From Sphyrna mokarran (lineage: Eukaryota): 64,000 nucleotides of DNA. This document shows positions 39,114-51,125 of this stretch, piece by piece. Made by a program: the position numbers and the translations under genes. The DNA lies in the NCBI GenBank assembly GCA_024679065.1, contig JAGIQG010000009.1, positions 102,486,001 through 102,550,000 of the forward strand. Direction: 5' to 3'. A model generated the notes under the pieces. The model was given only the letters and a program-made list of their open reading frames with translations. It did not search any database and was not told the origin of the DNA. How positions within the stretch are numbered: the first letter of the stretch is position 1; each line of letters begins with the position of its first letter.

Positions 39114-39309
39114 TGTCTCAAGCCTGTCTTTTCATTAAGTTAAATTATGGCTGATCTGTATCTTAACCAGTCCTGGTTTCATATCTCCTAAAACCCTTAC
39201 CAATTTTTTTTTAAATCTCAAATATATCTCACTGCGATTGGTGCTGAGATCACAATTGATCCCAATTTACACAAGTGAGAAATTCAAGATAGCATATCAA
39301 CTCTTTTGG

Positions 39310-41182
39310 TGATAGGAAGGAGGTAAAAAGTGAATTGAGGAGAGCTAAGAGGGGACACGAGAAGATGTTGGCTGATAGGATTAAGGAGAATCCTACAGCT
39401 TTCTTTCGATATGTTAAGAATAGAAGATTGGTTAGGGCAAGATTAGGGCCAGTCATAGATAGCAGTGGGAAGTTGTGCGTGGAGCCTGAAGAGATTGGCG
39501 CGGCACTGAATAAATATTTCTCTTCGGTATTCACGCAGAGTGCTGGAAATGTAGCTGTGGAGAGCACTGAGGTACAGGGTTGCAAATTGGGGAGTATTGT
39601 AGTAGATAGGGAGGCTGTGTTAGAAATTCTCGAGGGTTTGAAGTTGGATAAGTCCCCTGGGCCGGACGGGATTTACCCTAGGATTCTCTGGGAGGCAAGA
39701 GAGGAGATTGCAGAGCCTCTGGCTCTGATCTTCAGGTCCTCGTTGGTTACGGGTGTGGTTCCGGAGGACTGGAGGATAGCGAATGTGATCCCATTGTTTA
39801 AGAAGGGGAAGAGAGACCTTCCAGGGAATTATAGGCCAGTGATTCTTACTTCTGTTGTGGGCAAGGTATTGGAGAGAATTATTAGGGATAGGATTTATAG
39901 TTATTTAGAGAGAAATGAATTGATTGGGGATAGTCAGCATGGTTTCGTGAAGGGTAGGTCATGCCTTACTAACCTCATTGAGTTTTTTGAGAAAGTGACC
40001 AGAGAGGTGGATGGGGGTAAGGCGGTTGATGTATTATATATGGACTTTAGTAAGGCGTTTGATAAGGTGGCCCATGGAAGACTTCTACAGAAAATGCAGA
40101 TGTGTGGAATAGAGGGTGATTTAGCAAATTGGATTAGGAATTGGCTGGCAGAGAGAAGACAGAGGGTGGTGGTTGATGGGAGATATTCATCGTGGAGTTC
40201 GGTGACGAGTGGTGTGCCTCAGGGGTCTGTTTTGGTGCCCCTGCTGTTTGTAATTTTTATAAATGATCTGGATGAGGGTATTGAAGGATGGATTAGTAAA
40301 TTTGCGGATGACACCAAAGTCGGAGGAGTGGTAGATAGTGAAGAGGGGTGTTCTAGTTTGCAGAGAGACTTGGACAAGTTGCAGAGCTGGTCCGAGAGGT
40401 GGCAAATGGAGTTTAATGTGGAAAAGTGTGAGGTAATGCACTTTGGCAGGAACAATAAATGTGTATAGTATAGGGCTAATGGTAGGGCTCTTAATAGTGT
40501 TGAGGAACAGAAGGATCTTGGTGTATGTGTCAATAGATCCCTAAAAGTAGGCAGTCAAGTGGATAAAGTTGTTAAGAAGGCATATGGAGTCTTAGCTTTT
40601 ATTGGTAGGGGATTGAATTTAGGAGCCGCAGCATCATGTTGCAGCTGTACAAAACTCTAGTGCGGCCGCACTTGGAGTATTGTGTGCAGTTCTGGTCGCC
40701 ACATTATAAGAAAGATGTTGAGGCATTGGAGAGGGTACAGAGGAGGTTTACTAGGATGTTGCCTGGTATGGAGGGCAGGTCCTATGAAGAGAGGTTGAAG
40801 GATTTGAGGTTGTTTTCGTTAGAAAGGAGGCGGCTAGGGGGGATCTTATTGAAGCATATAAGATAATTAGAGGTTTGGATAGGGTGGACAGTGATAGCCT
40901 TTTTCCTAGGATGGAGAAAGCTAGCACGAGGAGACACAACTTTAAATTAAGGGGTATGAGTTATAGGACGGATATCAGAGGTAGGTTCTGTACTCAAAGA
41001 GTGATTAGGGAGTGGAATGCCCTGCCTGCAGCTGTTGTAGATGCGCCAAGTTTGGTGGCGTTTAAGAGGTTATTTGATAAGTATATGGATGAGAAGGGAA
41101 TGGTTTAGTTAGGAGGGGCATTGCTTTTTATTTTGGTCGGCACAACATCGAAGGCCGAAGGGCCTGTTCTGTGCTGTATTGT
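39310..41182 (+). mobile_element. CR1 LINE, 5'-truncated
   Basis: RT ORF 39335-40468 and continuation; (TGTTCTA)n tail. Confidence 0.95.
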
Positions 41183-41255
41183 TCTATGTTCTATGTTCTA
41201 TGTTAACTCTGCAGATGACACCAAATTAGGAACAAAGTTAATTCAGAGGAAACAG

Positions 41256-41570
41256 AGCAGCATAGTGGAACAGTGGTTAGCACTGCTGCCTCACAGCGCC
41301 AGGGACCTAGATTCAATTCTGGTCCTGGGTCACTATCTGTGTGGAGTTCGCACTTTCTCCCAGTGTTTGCGTGGATTTCCTCTGGGTGCTCCGCTTTCCT
41401 TCCACAATCCAAAGATGTGTGGGTTAGATTGATTGGCCATGATAAATTGATCTAGTGGCAAGGGGATTAGCAGGGTAAATGTGTGGGATTACAGGGATAA
41501 AGCCTGGGTGGGATTGTGGTCAGTACAGACTTGATGGGCGAATGACCTCCTTCTATGCTAGAGGGATCCT
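41256..41570 (+). mobile_element. HE1-type V-SINE
   Basis: Head, V domain, tail. Confidence 0.8.
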
Positions 41571-42679
41571 CTGATTGTCTTAAAAATTGCAACCAGTTAT
41601 AAGTCATCAGGAAATTTGTTGGAAATAGCAAATTAATTCCAATATAGACAGACGTGAGATATTGTGTTTTCAATGGAGATAGGAATAAATAATGCATTCC
41701 TTCGGAACTAAGAATTGAAATAAATAGAGGGTCGGAGATATCTTGAGTAGATAATTAAAAGTAGCAATGCAGATTAACAAAGCCACATGCAAATAAAACA
41801 GAGTTTCATTTCTCAAAGATGAGAATCCAAAGTGAAACAAGCTATATAACATACTTGTGAAAGTTTGATTGATTCATGTTTAAAATACTGCATACAGTTG
41901 TAATCTCTATATTAACAAAAGAATGTAGAAGCACTGGAAAAAAGATTTCCAAAATTAAATCATAATTATGAGGGTGCTTCTCAACTTCTCTGACCCACAG
42001 TGCCACAATGTCCAACGCAAATGGGCAACGTACTCTTTCACATGCATATTGTAGATGTTGTAGACGTATCTTTCCATTACATGACAAAGCAAGAATCCTT
42101 CTCACTTTTACCATCCTGTGTGGAAGGAATTACAGATTGAATATTCAATTTGTGTGGCTACATTGTGAAAATCCTTGGTCATCAACAGTGGGACTTGAAC
42201 ACAAAGCTTCGGACTCAGAGATAAGGACATCGCTGATTGCAAAACAAGGGGTAGGGTTTATGGCCTCACTCGCTCCGAAATTGGAAATCCGACCTTTCCA
42301 TGGTCTGCCCCTTCCCCACTCCAATTCTTGTGGAAGACAGGATAGTAAAATTTACCCCAAGGTCTTCTTTAGGCTGTAACTATTAGGAAAAATTGCATAG
42401 GCTAGACTCTAAAAAAAAGGTCTGAAAGGTGATCTGATAGAGGTCCTTAAAATGATGAAAGGATACTATTGGGATGACCTATAGATGTTTCTTTCAGTTG
42501 TGAAGAGATTCCAAACTAAATTAAGAAATGAATTTGATTGAAATGTCTTCACTTAGACAGTGATGAGAACGTGGAATTTGCTACAACAGCAAGTGGTTAA
42601 TGTGAATAGCATAGATGTGTTGTGCCTGCCACACAGTCTGTTTTATGCAATTGGCAAAGAATTGTGAGTAAAGTTAAAG

Positions 42680-42932
42680 TTGATTTATTAGTCACAAGTA
42701 AGGCTTACATTAATACAGCAGTGAAGTTACTTTGAAATTCCCTGAGTTGCCACAGCCTGGCACCTGTTCGGGGCAATGCACCTAACCAGAATGTGGGAGG
42801 AAACTGGAGAACTAAGAGGAAACCCACGCAGACACAGGGAGAATGTGTAAAGTCCACACAGGCAGTGACCGGAGCTGGGAATTGAACCCAGCATTGTGAA
42901 GCAGTAGTGCTAACCACTGTGCTACCATGCCA
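42680..42932 (-). mobile_element. V-SINE with alternative tail
   Basis: TTTATTAGTCACAAGTAAGGCTTACATT end; V domain reversed. Confidence 0.75.
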
Positions 42933-43639
42933 TTCCACTCTTCTTGTTAGACATCTTACTAGTACAGTAACATTTATCTACACACACACACACACACAAT
43001 TATTAATCATCCGCACAATCAATACTAAATTATCTTACGGAATACTAAAGTTCAAGTCCAATACTAGACCTTGACTTAACTTTTGCGTGACTGGCAAGTA
43101 CTCCCAGTCAGATATTGACCTTTATCTGCAAGTTATTTTCCGTAGTCTTCTGTGAGTCTGGTCTTTTGGTCTGATACCCTAGCTCTGGTCTTCCTTCCTT
43201 CTTTGGTGTGGTGGCTGTCCTCGTAAGGCTCAATCAAGTGCTGCCACACCAACCTCTGGGTGTGTACCCAACAGGTACTCCCTGAAGGAGGAACGAGACT
43301 CCGAAAGCTTATGCTGCCAAATAAACTTGGTGGACATTAACCCTGATATTGCAAGACTTTTTACTGTATGTACCCAACAGCTGTGCCTGTCAGTGCTGGA
43401 GACACATAGATCACATACCTCCCTCACAAATAATGCTATCTATGTGTCTGGTAAACAACTCATTTTGACCAGAAAGTGTCCTTTGTCCTTGATATGGCCT
43501 ATATCCTGTCTATTCCAACGTCAGCAGCTGTAGCCTGTTCACCTCTGCCCAATTTCTTCTGAGGCTGTCTGTTTCAGTGCTTGTCCAATTATCCCAGCAT
43601 GCTCTTGCAAATTGTCATCTTAGGGGTCCATTTGGCCAC

Positions 43640-44126
43640 AGATAGAACATAGAACATTACAGTGCACTACAGGCCCTTTGGCCCTCGATGTTACGCTGTG
43701 AAATCAATCAAAAGCCCATGTAACCTACACTATTCCAATATCATCCATATGTTTATCCAATGACTATTTAAATGCCCTTAATGTTAGGGAATCCATTACT
43801 ATCGCAGGCAGGGGATTCCCCACTCTTTCTACTGTATAAGTAAAGAATCTACCTTTGACATCTGTCCGATATCTATCACCCCTCAATGTAAAGCTATGTC
43901 CCCTCATGCTAGCTATCTCCATCTGAGGAAAAAGGCTCGCACTATCCTCTCTATCTAATCCACTGATCATCTTATATGTCTCTATTGAGTCACTTTTAAC
44001 CTTCTTCTCTTTAACGAAAACAACCTCAAGTCCCTCAGCCTTTCCTCATAAGAGCTTCTCACCATACCAGGCAACATCCTGGTAAATCTCTTCTGCACCC
44101 TTTCTAATGCTTCCACATCCTTCTTA
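43640..44126 (-). mobile_element. CR1 LINE 3' fragment
   Basis: RGHSF.LRGDRYRTDV.GRFF motif; GAACATA tail. Confidence 0.85.
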
Positions 44127-45141
44127 TGCAGATGCATGTAAGTAGAAGCTAGATAACTACAAGAGGAAGAATGAAATAAGCTTTTTTTTATTCATTAGTT
44201 GTAAGTACGCTTACATTAACACTGCAATGAAGTTACTGTGAAAATCCTCTGGTGCCTGTTCAGGTACACTGAGGGAAAATTTAGCATGGCCAATACATGT
44301 AACCAGCATGTCTTTCAGACTGAGAGGAAATCGAATAGATAGGGGAGAACGTGTCCCAAGACGGGAATCGAATCAGATTCCCTGTGCTCTGAGGCAACGG
44401 TAGTAACCTCTGTGTCACCTAGTGTAGATCCTAGAACAACACTGCGGAAAACCACTCCAAATTCAACACCAGTTGAATTAAATTCTAGGTTTTTCACATT
44501 GCCATGGGATAAGTGGAATGTGTGATATGGGAACACCAGTCTGACAGTTTGTGATTCTGTGAACAGATATGGGAGTTTAACCCGACCTGTGTAATGTCAT
44601 CTTCGGTCAGATGCTGTCAACTGGGAAGAGTTAGCCAAGTTCCATTGGCCCCTATTGACATCACACACTTCAATAAAGAAAATAATTTTTGTGAAGATAC
44701 GCATAAATATTATACACAGATGACAGGTTGGGTTGGTGATTACAACTGAATAGAAATCTAGGAACAAACATTCAGAGGTAAAGAGTTTCAGATTTGATTC
44801 AATGAATGGGGAATGGCTCCAATAGAAGGATATGGACCCAGTAAGGGCTGAAGTTTTTTTTTAAATTTAGTACATCAAGATTGGTTTGGAGGTCCAAAGG
44901 CCCTGTTCCTGTGCTGTACTTTTCTTTGCTCTTTTGACATTGAACTATAGATGAGAATCCTCTGATGTTCATCTATCCTGGGAGACAGTGGCTGTACCCA
45001 GGGTATATATCATTACTGTATCGAAGATCACATCGTATTTTTGCATTATTGCACATAGCCCACATTCTAATATCCATATAAGGAAACACTAGCTCCAAAA
45101 AGTCGAGAAAGTACTCCCTTAGCTCTTTGCATGGTTTAACA

Positions 45142-45318
45142 CCATAAGTAGACTCACAGCACCAGGTTAAATTCAAACATTTTGGTAATTGAGCTTTCAG
45201 AGTGCTGCCCCTTCATCAGGTGAGATGAAGGAGCAGTGCTCCTAAAACTGGTGCTACCAAATAAACGGACTTTAACCTGGCGTTGTGAGGCTACTTACTG
45301 TGTTTACTCCACATCATG
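45142..45318. mobile_element. Penelope-derived hairpin element with hammerhead core
   Basis: Inverted arms; minus-strand CTGATGA-AGGGGCAGCACTCT-GAAAGCTC at 45191-45219, stem I damaged. Confidence 0.7.
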
Positions 45319-46821
45319 GTTTAACACCTCGTGAGTATTTAATACCTTATAGTTTTTGTTAAGTTTATTGCCAATTTGGTCACAGGAAATCCTAGCACGC
45401 TTAAAAAAATCTTTGGCCACAAACCCGTTTTGCCTGATTGAAAATCTTTCAGCATCTTAAAAGTTAAATCTCTGCAGGTCACTCAGCTACAGTATTAAAA
45501 AAAATGGGCCAAAGTCAGGCTGGAGTTAGACCACAGATCAGCCATGATCTGATTGAATGGCAGAACAGGCTCGAGGGACCAAATGGCCTATTCTTGATCC
45601 TAAATAAAATCACTGTGCAATGGGCACTGCTCAGTCAGAGAAATCACCACTTTAGTGTTTAACTGGGGTAAAGGAACTACCCAGAAGGCAAAGGGAATAT
45701 GTAACACACCAAGGCAACACTTATTTGGTGAAAGAAAAGCTATTCAATGCTAAAAGAACCTGCAAGTGGGGAGAGTCACAGACCAATGTAACAACACAAG
45801 GCGGCCCTCAGTTTATTCCTATCTTTGCTGAGTTAACTGATCTCAGCTGTGGCAGCAGTTAGAAGCTACAACTGACCTCTGTCTTGAAGATTAGAGTATC
45901 CCGTGCCACCCTCCCCCAATCCACAGCCCACCCCTCCCTCCACACTGCCCCACAGAAGGATTACTTACACCCCTTTTAGTAATAATTGTATGATATCCCA
46001 GCTTAGAAATAACAGGCTTTCCAGTCACTATGATTTGGTCTGGCTGAATAACTTGACGGCAATCTTTCACGTCAAAGTCATTCAATGTTTAAGTTAAACA
46101 ATCTTGAATGATTAATTAATCCCTACTAAATCTTCAAAAAGTAATCTGGAATTCCTAAAATTCTTTTAAGTACGGACGGCTCATGTAAGTTGTATTATAT
46201 TGGATTGCTTATTTCATAATCCTTTAACATTTAATTTCATCGGTAGTAAACTATTTTTTCTATATTTTTGACCCAGTTGCTTTGGTCACTGTTCGTGTGG
46301 AGGACAGGAAATCTGCTCAGCTGTGGTTAACAAGCATCCGAGCTGCTTTTGTTCTTGTTTATCTTAAATATTTCTCTCGCTGTATTTCTGAAATGGAAAT
46401 AATTATTAATGTTTATTGAGTATTGTTACTGGAAGTGACTACAGTGCATCGCATGCACACGCACACACACAAAACGTATGCACAAATTCATACATGTCAT
46501 ACTAACAAGGTCTGAGTCACAGACAACAAGACAACAAAAACTTGTAGACAAACTGGTAAGAATCCATGTAAGAAAGTGAATCCCAGTCTTGCTAAAACTA
46601 ACACCAGATATTTGATATTAGACAGTGAATTTCCCTAATGAATGTGTGTGTGTGTCTAGGAAATATTTCATCGGAAATAGGAAATCAATCGTAGCCAATC
46701 ACAATCGCCTCTTTTTCTGTTTAAAGAGAGGAATGCCCCTCATGGAACCTCATTTCCCTCAGAAGGTGACATCACATGGGATCTGTGGTGAGCTGTTAAA
46801 ATGGATACAGAATTGTCTTGG

Positions 46822-47397
46822 TGTCAGAAATCCCGGTTACCAGCAACTTTAGGCACTCTTGAGTACAAACACCACGCACAATCTGATACAAGGCCTTTAA
46901 TTACTCGTGTAGAAGGAGAAATCAGCTTGCAATTGTCCTGCAAGTGTTTCTGAAGTTACAAACAAACGACCTGGCAATTACAGTCAATTACAGCAAATCA
47001 GAAACAATAATTTTTCTATTCCTCAATTGTTTACATATTCACCACTTAAATCCTGGCTTTCTGCCCTTTCTCATTCGATGAGAATCTATCTTCTGCTGAT
47101 CCTTCATTTGCATAGCATATCCCCATATCTCGTCTTTGGTATTTGTAATGGAAAAATCTGGTCTTGCTGACCCTCTGGTGAAGGCTGGAAAACAGAATGT
47201 TATGTGGCCTACGCAGATGAAGATTAGCCTGTTCATGCTGAAATAGCGGACACTGACCCTTTTAAATATCTGCAAGCTGATAAACATTTTCCACTAGTGC
47301 ATAGAGAAGGAATGAAACTTTAATTTGAACTCTTAAACTTTCTCACAATTTAACTTCCAAACTATGAAACTTCAATCTGAACATTCGAACTTCCGCA
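46822..47397 (-). mobile_element. Solo LTR inserted into a CR1 fragment
   Basis: TG..CA termini (TGTCAGAA / TTCCGCA); exact 4-bp TSD TTGG (46818-46821, 47398-47401); CR1 sequence is continuous across it. Confidence 0.75.
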
Positions 47398-48589
47398 TTG
47401 GCCACAGACAACAGAGAGTAGCGGTGGAAGGGTGTTTTCCAGAATTGAGATCTGTGATCAGTGATGTCCCGCAGGGATCTGTGCTGGGACTCCTTTTGTT
47501 TGCAATATAATGTTTATACATGATTTGGAGGAAAATGTAGGTAGTATGATCAGTAAGTTTGCGGATGACACAAAGATTGGGGGAGTTGTGAATGGTGAAG
47601 AGGATTGCCAGAGGATTCAGGATATAAATAGGCTGAAGATCTGGATGGAGAAATGGCTGAATGGTCTGTTCCTGTTACTGTGTTGTTCTTTGTTTTTTGT
47701 AGGGAGCTCAAAACTTGGTGTTACGGAGGTCCTGTACAACTGAAGATATCTTTACTTCTGGACTCCAATCCTCTTCTAATTTTCCTTCTTAATTGCTGGT
47801 TGCAGTTGTTTCTTCCACATCGTTGGATTATGGGAGGAAACCAAAGCTCCTGGACTAAATGCACAGAGATAGAGATAGAATAGAATGTATGGAGGAACCG
47901 AGGCCAAAACTGGACCTGGGTTTCTGTGAGGCAGCAGTGCCAACCACTTATACCTCCATACCAGCCCTCACTCCCTGATAGAGAGCCTCAGTCACTCAGT
48001 ATAACAATAGGTTCACTATCTCATCTTTTCCCTCACTCACTGTGAACCAGCAACTGCTGTCAATATTAACCCTCAAAGGGAAGCTGGATAAATAATTAAA
48101 GAGGTACAGACGATTCGAAGAAGAAAAAAGATAACTTCAGGAGCTGATTTGGCATTGGATGGTACAAGTACTTTTAGAAGCAGCTGGAATGGGGAGTCCT
48201 TTATTTCTCGGTGAATGAATTTTAAAAAATGGCCAAAAGCATCTCTTCCTCAAAGCCATCTCTCTGATGACAATGATACAAATGCACCCTCTGCTGGCGT
48301 CTGGATGCTAGTGCACCAATGGATGAGACAGCATCAGGGATCCATGATGTGGAACTGCGACCATGACACCACACAACCCTGCCGCAGCAATGTCCGCATG
48401 ACATGCCAGGTCATCGACACAGATGCCATTATCACACATGAGAAAACCATCCGCCAGGTATATGCTACATACGCATGCCAACAATGGCTACCTGATACAC
48501 GATGTAGAGATGCCGGCGTTGGACTGGGGTAAACTCAGTAAAGTTTTACAACACCAATTTTAAATCCAACCAATTTATTTGATAGTAAA

Positions 48590-48627
48590 TCCACGAGCTT
48601 TCGACTTTACAGCCTTCGTCAGGCAAA
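48590..48627 (-). ncRNA. Minimal type I hammerhead ribozyme (mirror copy)
   Basis: Reverse complement UUUGC-CUGACGA-AGGCUGUAAAGUC-GAAAGCUC-GUGGA. Confidence 0.75.
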
Positions 48628-48635
48628 AACACTGC

Positions 48636-48675
48636 ATTTGCCTGACGAAGGCTGTAAAGTCGAAAGCTCGCGGAT
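48636..48675 (+). ncRNA. Minimal type I hammerhead ribozyme
   Basis: Stem I AUUUGC/GCGGAU; core CUGACGA; stem II GGCU-GUAA-AGUC; GAAA; palindromic AGCU stem III; predicted cleavage after C48669. Confidence 0.8.
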
Positions 48676-48999
48676 TTACTATCAAATAAATTGGTTGGAT
48701 TTAAAATTGGTGTTGTAAAACTTTACTGAGTTTACCTGATACACTGCAGGAAAGGATGTCCCAACACATGGTACATTGACGAGACCATGCAGACTTTACG
48801 ACAATGGATGAATGGACACTGCTCAACAATTACCAGGCAGGAATGTTCCCTTCCTGTCAGGAAACACTTCAGGAGTCGAGAGTATACTGCCTCCGATCTT
48901 CGGGTATGCGTTTTCCAAGGCGGTCTTCAACAACACAGAATTGCCAAGCAGAAACTGATAGCGAAGTTCCAAACATATGAGGAAGGACAGAGCACTCAT

Positions 49000-50058
49000 C
49001 TAGTGCTTCCCCGGAGCGGAGAAGCTACGGCACCTTCTCCGGAGCCTTCAACACATCATTGATGAAGACGAATATCTCGACTAGGCCATGCTCACGCCCC
49101 CTCTTCTTGCCTTCATACAACTGCACAACCCCAAACAGACCATTGTCTGCAACAAACTACCCAGCCTTCAGGATAGTGACCACAACACCACACAACCCTG
49201 CCACAGCAACTTCTGCAAGAAGTGCCAGATCATCGACACGGATGCCATTATCTCATGTGAGAACACCTTCCATCAGGTACACAGTACATGCTCTTGCAAA
49301 TCAGCCAACGTGTCTACCTAATGCACTGCAAAAAAGGATGTCCCAAGGCATGGTACATTGGAGAGACCATGCAGACGCTACAAGAGTGGATAAACGATCA
49401 CCGCTCGATAATCACCAGGAAAGACAGTTCTCTTCCTGTTGGGGAACACTTCAGCGATCAAGGGCATTCAGTCGCTGACCTTCCGATAAGCGTTTTCCAA
49501 CGCAGCCTTCATGACGCACAACAGCGCAGAGTTGCTGAGCAGAGATTGATAGCCAAGATCCGCACACATGAGGACGGCCTCAAACAGGGATCTTGAGCTC
49601 ATGTTACACTATCTATCACCCCCATAATGACTTGCCTGGGTTTGCAAAATCTCACTAACTGTCCTGGCTGGAGACAATACATATCTGTTCAGCCTGTGCT
49701 GGGCCCTGTATCCACTTGCATTGTCTTTAAGACTTGATTATCTGTAAAGACACACATTCCAACCACTATCTTGTAAATTGAGTTTGTGTCTTTATATGCC
49801 CTGTTTGTGAATAGAATTCAATAAAGTCTGACAACACCAATTTTAAATACAACCGATTTATTTGATAGCAAATCGGTTGCATTTAAAATTGGTGTTATCA
49901 TACTTTATTGAGTTTACCCCAGTCGAACGCCAGCATCTATACATTGTGAATAGAATTCACACTTACCTGATGAAGGGGCAGCACTCCAAAGCTGGTGGAT
50001 TTTGCTACCCAATAAACCTGTTGTGAGCCTCCTTACTATGTTTACCTTCGTCCAACAC
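49000..50058 (+). mobile_element. Penelope-like element 3' part (GIY-YIG remnant + pLTR), copy 2
   Basis: VYLMHCKKGCPKAWYIGETMQTL..H..LPVGEHFS..R..AEQRLIAK..GL (ORF 49288-49596); decayed hammerhead at ~49965-49995; typical 3' end. Confidence 0.85.
49821..49943. mobile_element. Short Penelope-derived hairpin insert
   Basis: Inverted arms without the ribozyme; 16-bp TSD TTGTGAATAGAATTCA (49805-49820, 49944-49959). Confidence 0.85.
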
Positions 50059-50274
50059 AGTAAGAAGTCTGACAACACCAGGTTTAAGTCCATCCGATTT
50101 ATTTGATAGTAAACTCAGAAGCTTTCGAGGCTATCCTCTGATGAAGCTTCTCTGATGAAAAGATATCCTCAAGAGCTTCTGAGTTTACTATCAAATAAAT
50201 CGGATGGACTTAAACCTGGTGTTGTCAGACTTCTTACTGTGTTCACCCCAGTCCAACACCGGCATTTCTACATC
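50054..50274. mobile_element. Penelope-derived hairpin element
   Basis: ~70-bp inverted arms (50054-50122 / ~50174-50243) around a broken hammerhead core; tail CACCCCAGTCCAACACCGGCATTTCTACATC. Confidence 0.85.
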
Positions 50275-50340
50275 TCAGAACATCGCCAGGGACACAGGGC
50301 AGAAGTGGCAGGAGGCGGTCCACTACCTTTTAAGGGAAAT

Positions 50341-50348
50341 ATGCAAAT
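50341..50348 (+). promoter_or_regulatory. U1 distal sequence element (octamer)
   Basis: ATGCAAAT 206 bp upstream of the U1 start, the canonical DSE position. Confidence 0.8.
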
Positions 50349-50483
50349 TTAAAGGGCAGGATATTTAATCGAAAGTTTGCTTACAACAGAAGAACAGTGA
50401 AAGATTAATGGGAAAAATAAAGCGTAATTGATGGGCTTGGTGCAGAAGTTTGTAGGTAAGGCGACAACGTGGCTTTTGAAAAG

Positions 50484-50510
50484 GAGTAAGTATGAGTGTA
50501 AGATGTGATG
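50484..50510 (+). promoter_or_regulatory. U1 proximal sequence element (PSE)
   Basis: GAGTAAGTATGAGTGTAAGATGTGATG at -63 to -37; resembles the human U1 PSE region AAGTGACCGTGTGTGTAAAGAGTGAGG. Confidence 0.6.
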
Positions 50511-50546
50511 TTTGATGGCGGTTGTAGGTGGGGAGAGTGTTCGGGC

Positions 50547-50710
50547 ATACTTACCTGGCAGGGGTGAAACCGTGATCATGAAGGCGGTTCGCCCAGGACG
50601 AGGCTATCCCATTGCACTCCGGGTGTGCTGACGCCTGCGATGTCCCCAAATGCGGGATACTCGACTGCAAAATTTGTGGTAGTGGGGGACTGCGTTCGCG
50701 CTCTCCCCTG
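50547..50710 (+). ncRNA. RNU1: U1 spliceosomal snRNA gene (variant, full length, 164 nt)
   Basis: ATACTTACCTG 5' end, U1A loop ATTGCACTCC, Sm site AATTTGTGG, SL4 ending CCCCTG; DSE, PSE and 3' box present; no poly-A. Confidence 0.97.
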
Positions 50711-50718
50711 ATTTTCAA

Positions 50719-50731
50719 GTACAAAAACAGA
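50719..50731 (+). terminator. snRNA 3' box
   Basis: GTACAAAAACAGA 9 nt after the U1 end, close to the GTTTN0-3AAARNNAGA consensus. Confidence 0.7.
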
Positions 50732-50920
50732 TGTATTTCCACTTGCGATGCTGTACCGCAATTCCTGGTTTCAGATGTTTTGTTCGTTTGTGTGCTTGCT
50801 TTCAGGCATAACGGCGTGCTTTTGCCATTTTTCACAAGCATCGTTTGTCCTGAAACAAACAATACGCCGAGCTCTCTCTAAAATGTCTGCCGTCGCTCGC
50901 TGGTTACCATTGCTGCTTCA

Positions 50921-51125
50921 CGTACCAACAATTCACGACTCAACAATAGCTTCTTCCCTGCTGCTGTCCTATCTCGCACCAAGTTGGTCTTTTTCTGCAC
51001 CCGACCTATCACTCTTAACACTACCTTCTACACTCCCTCATTTCATTCTCTATGAATGCTATGCTTTCTCTATGCAAGAAATACTATTCTTCACTGCATG
51101 TTGATACATGCCACAATAATAAATC
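50921..51125 (+). mobile_element. Rex1 LINE 3' end
   Basis: Homologous to 14830-15040. Confidence 0.65.

Larger units (their letters stand above)
48501..48732. mobile_element. Non-autonomous Penelope-derived palindromic element
   Basis: Arms 48528-48627 / 48637-48736, 99/100 identical; 12-bp TSD TACCTGATACAC (48489-48500, 48733-48744). Confidence 0.9.
48330..48985 (+). mobile_element. Penelope-like element, GIY-YIG endonuclease remnant (copy 1)
   Basis: YLIHCRKGCP.TWYI.ETMQTLRQ.MN.H..LPV..HF; interrupted by the hairpin insert at 48501-48732. Confidence 0.8.

Noticed and set aside
47039-47287. 82-aa ORF
   Set aside because: Lies wholly within a solo LTR.
48528-50243. Hairpins as DNA-transposon MITEs or CRISPR-like arrays
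   Set aside because: Variable long TSDs, asymmetric terminal extension, hammerhead cores and homology to Penelope ends indicate retroelement origin; there is no repeat-spacer structure.
50547-50710. U1 as a processed pseudogene
   Set aside because: Full length, no poly-A or TSD, promoter elements and 3' box correctly spaced, compensatory stem changes.
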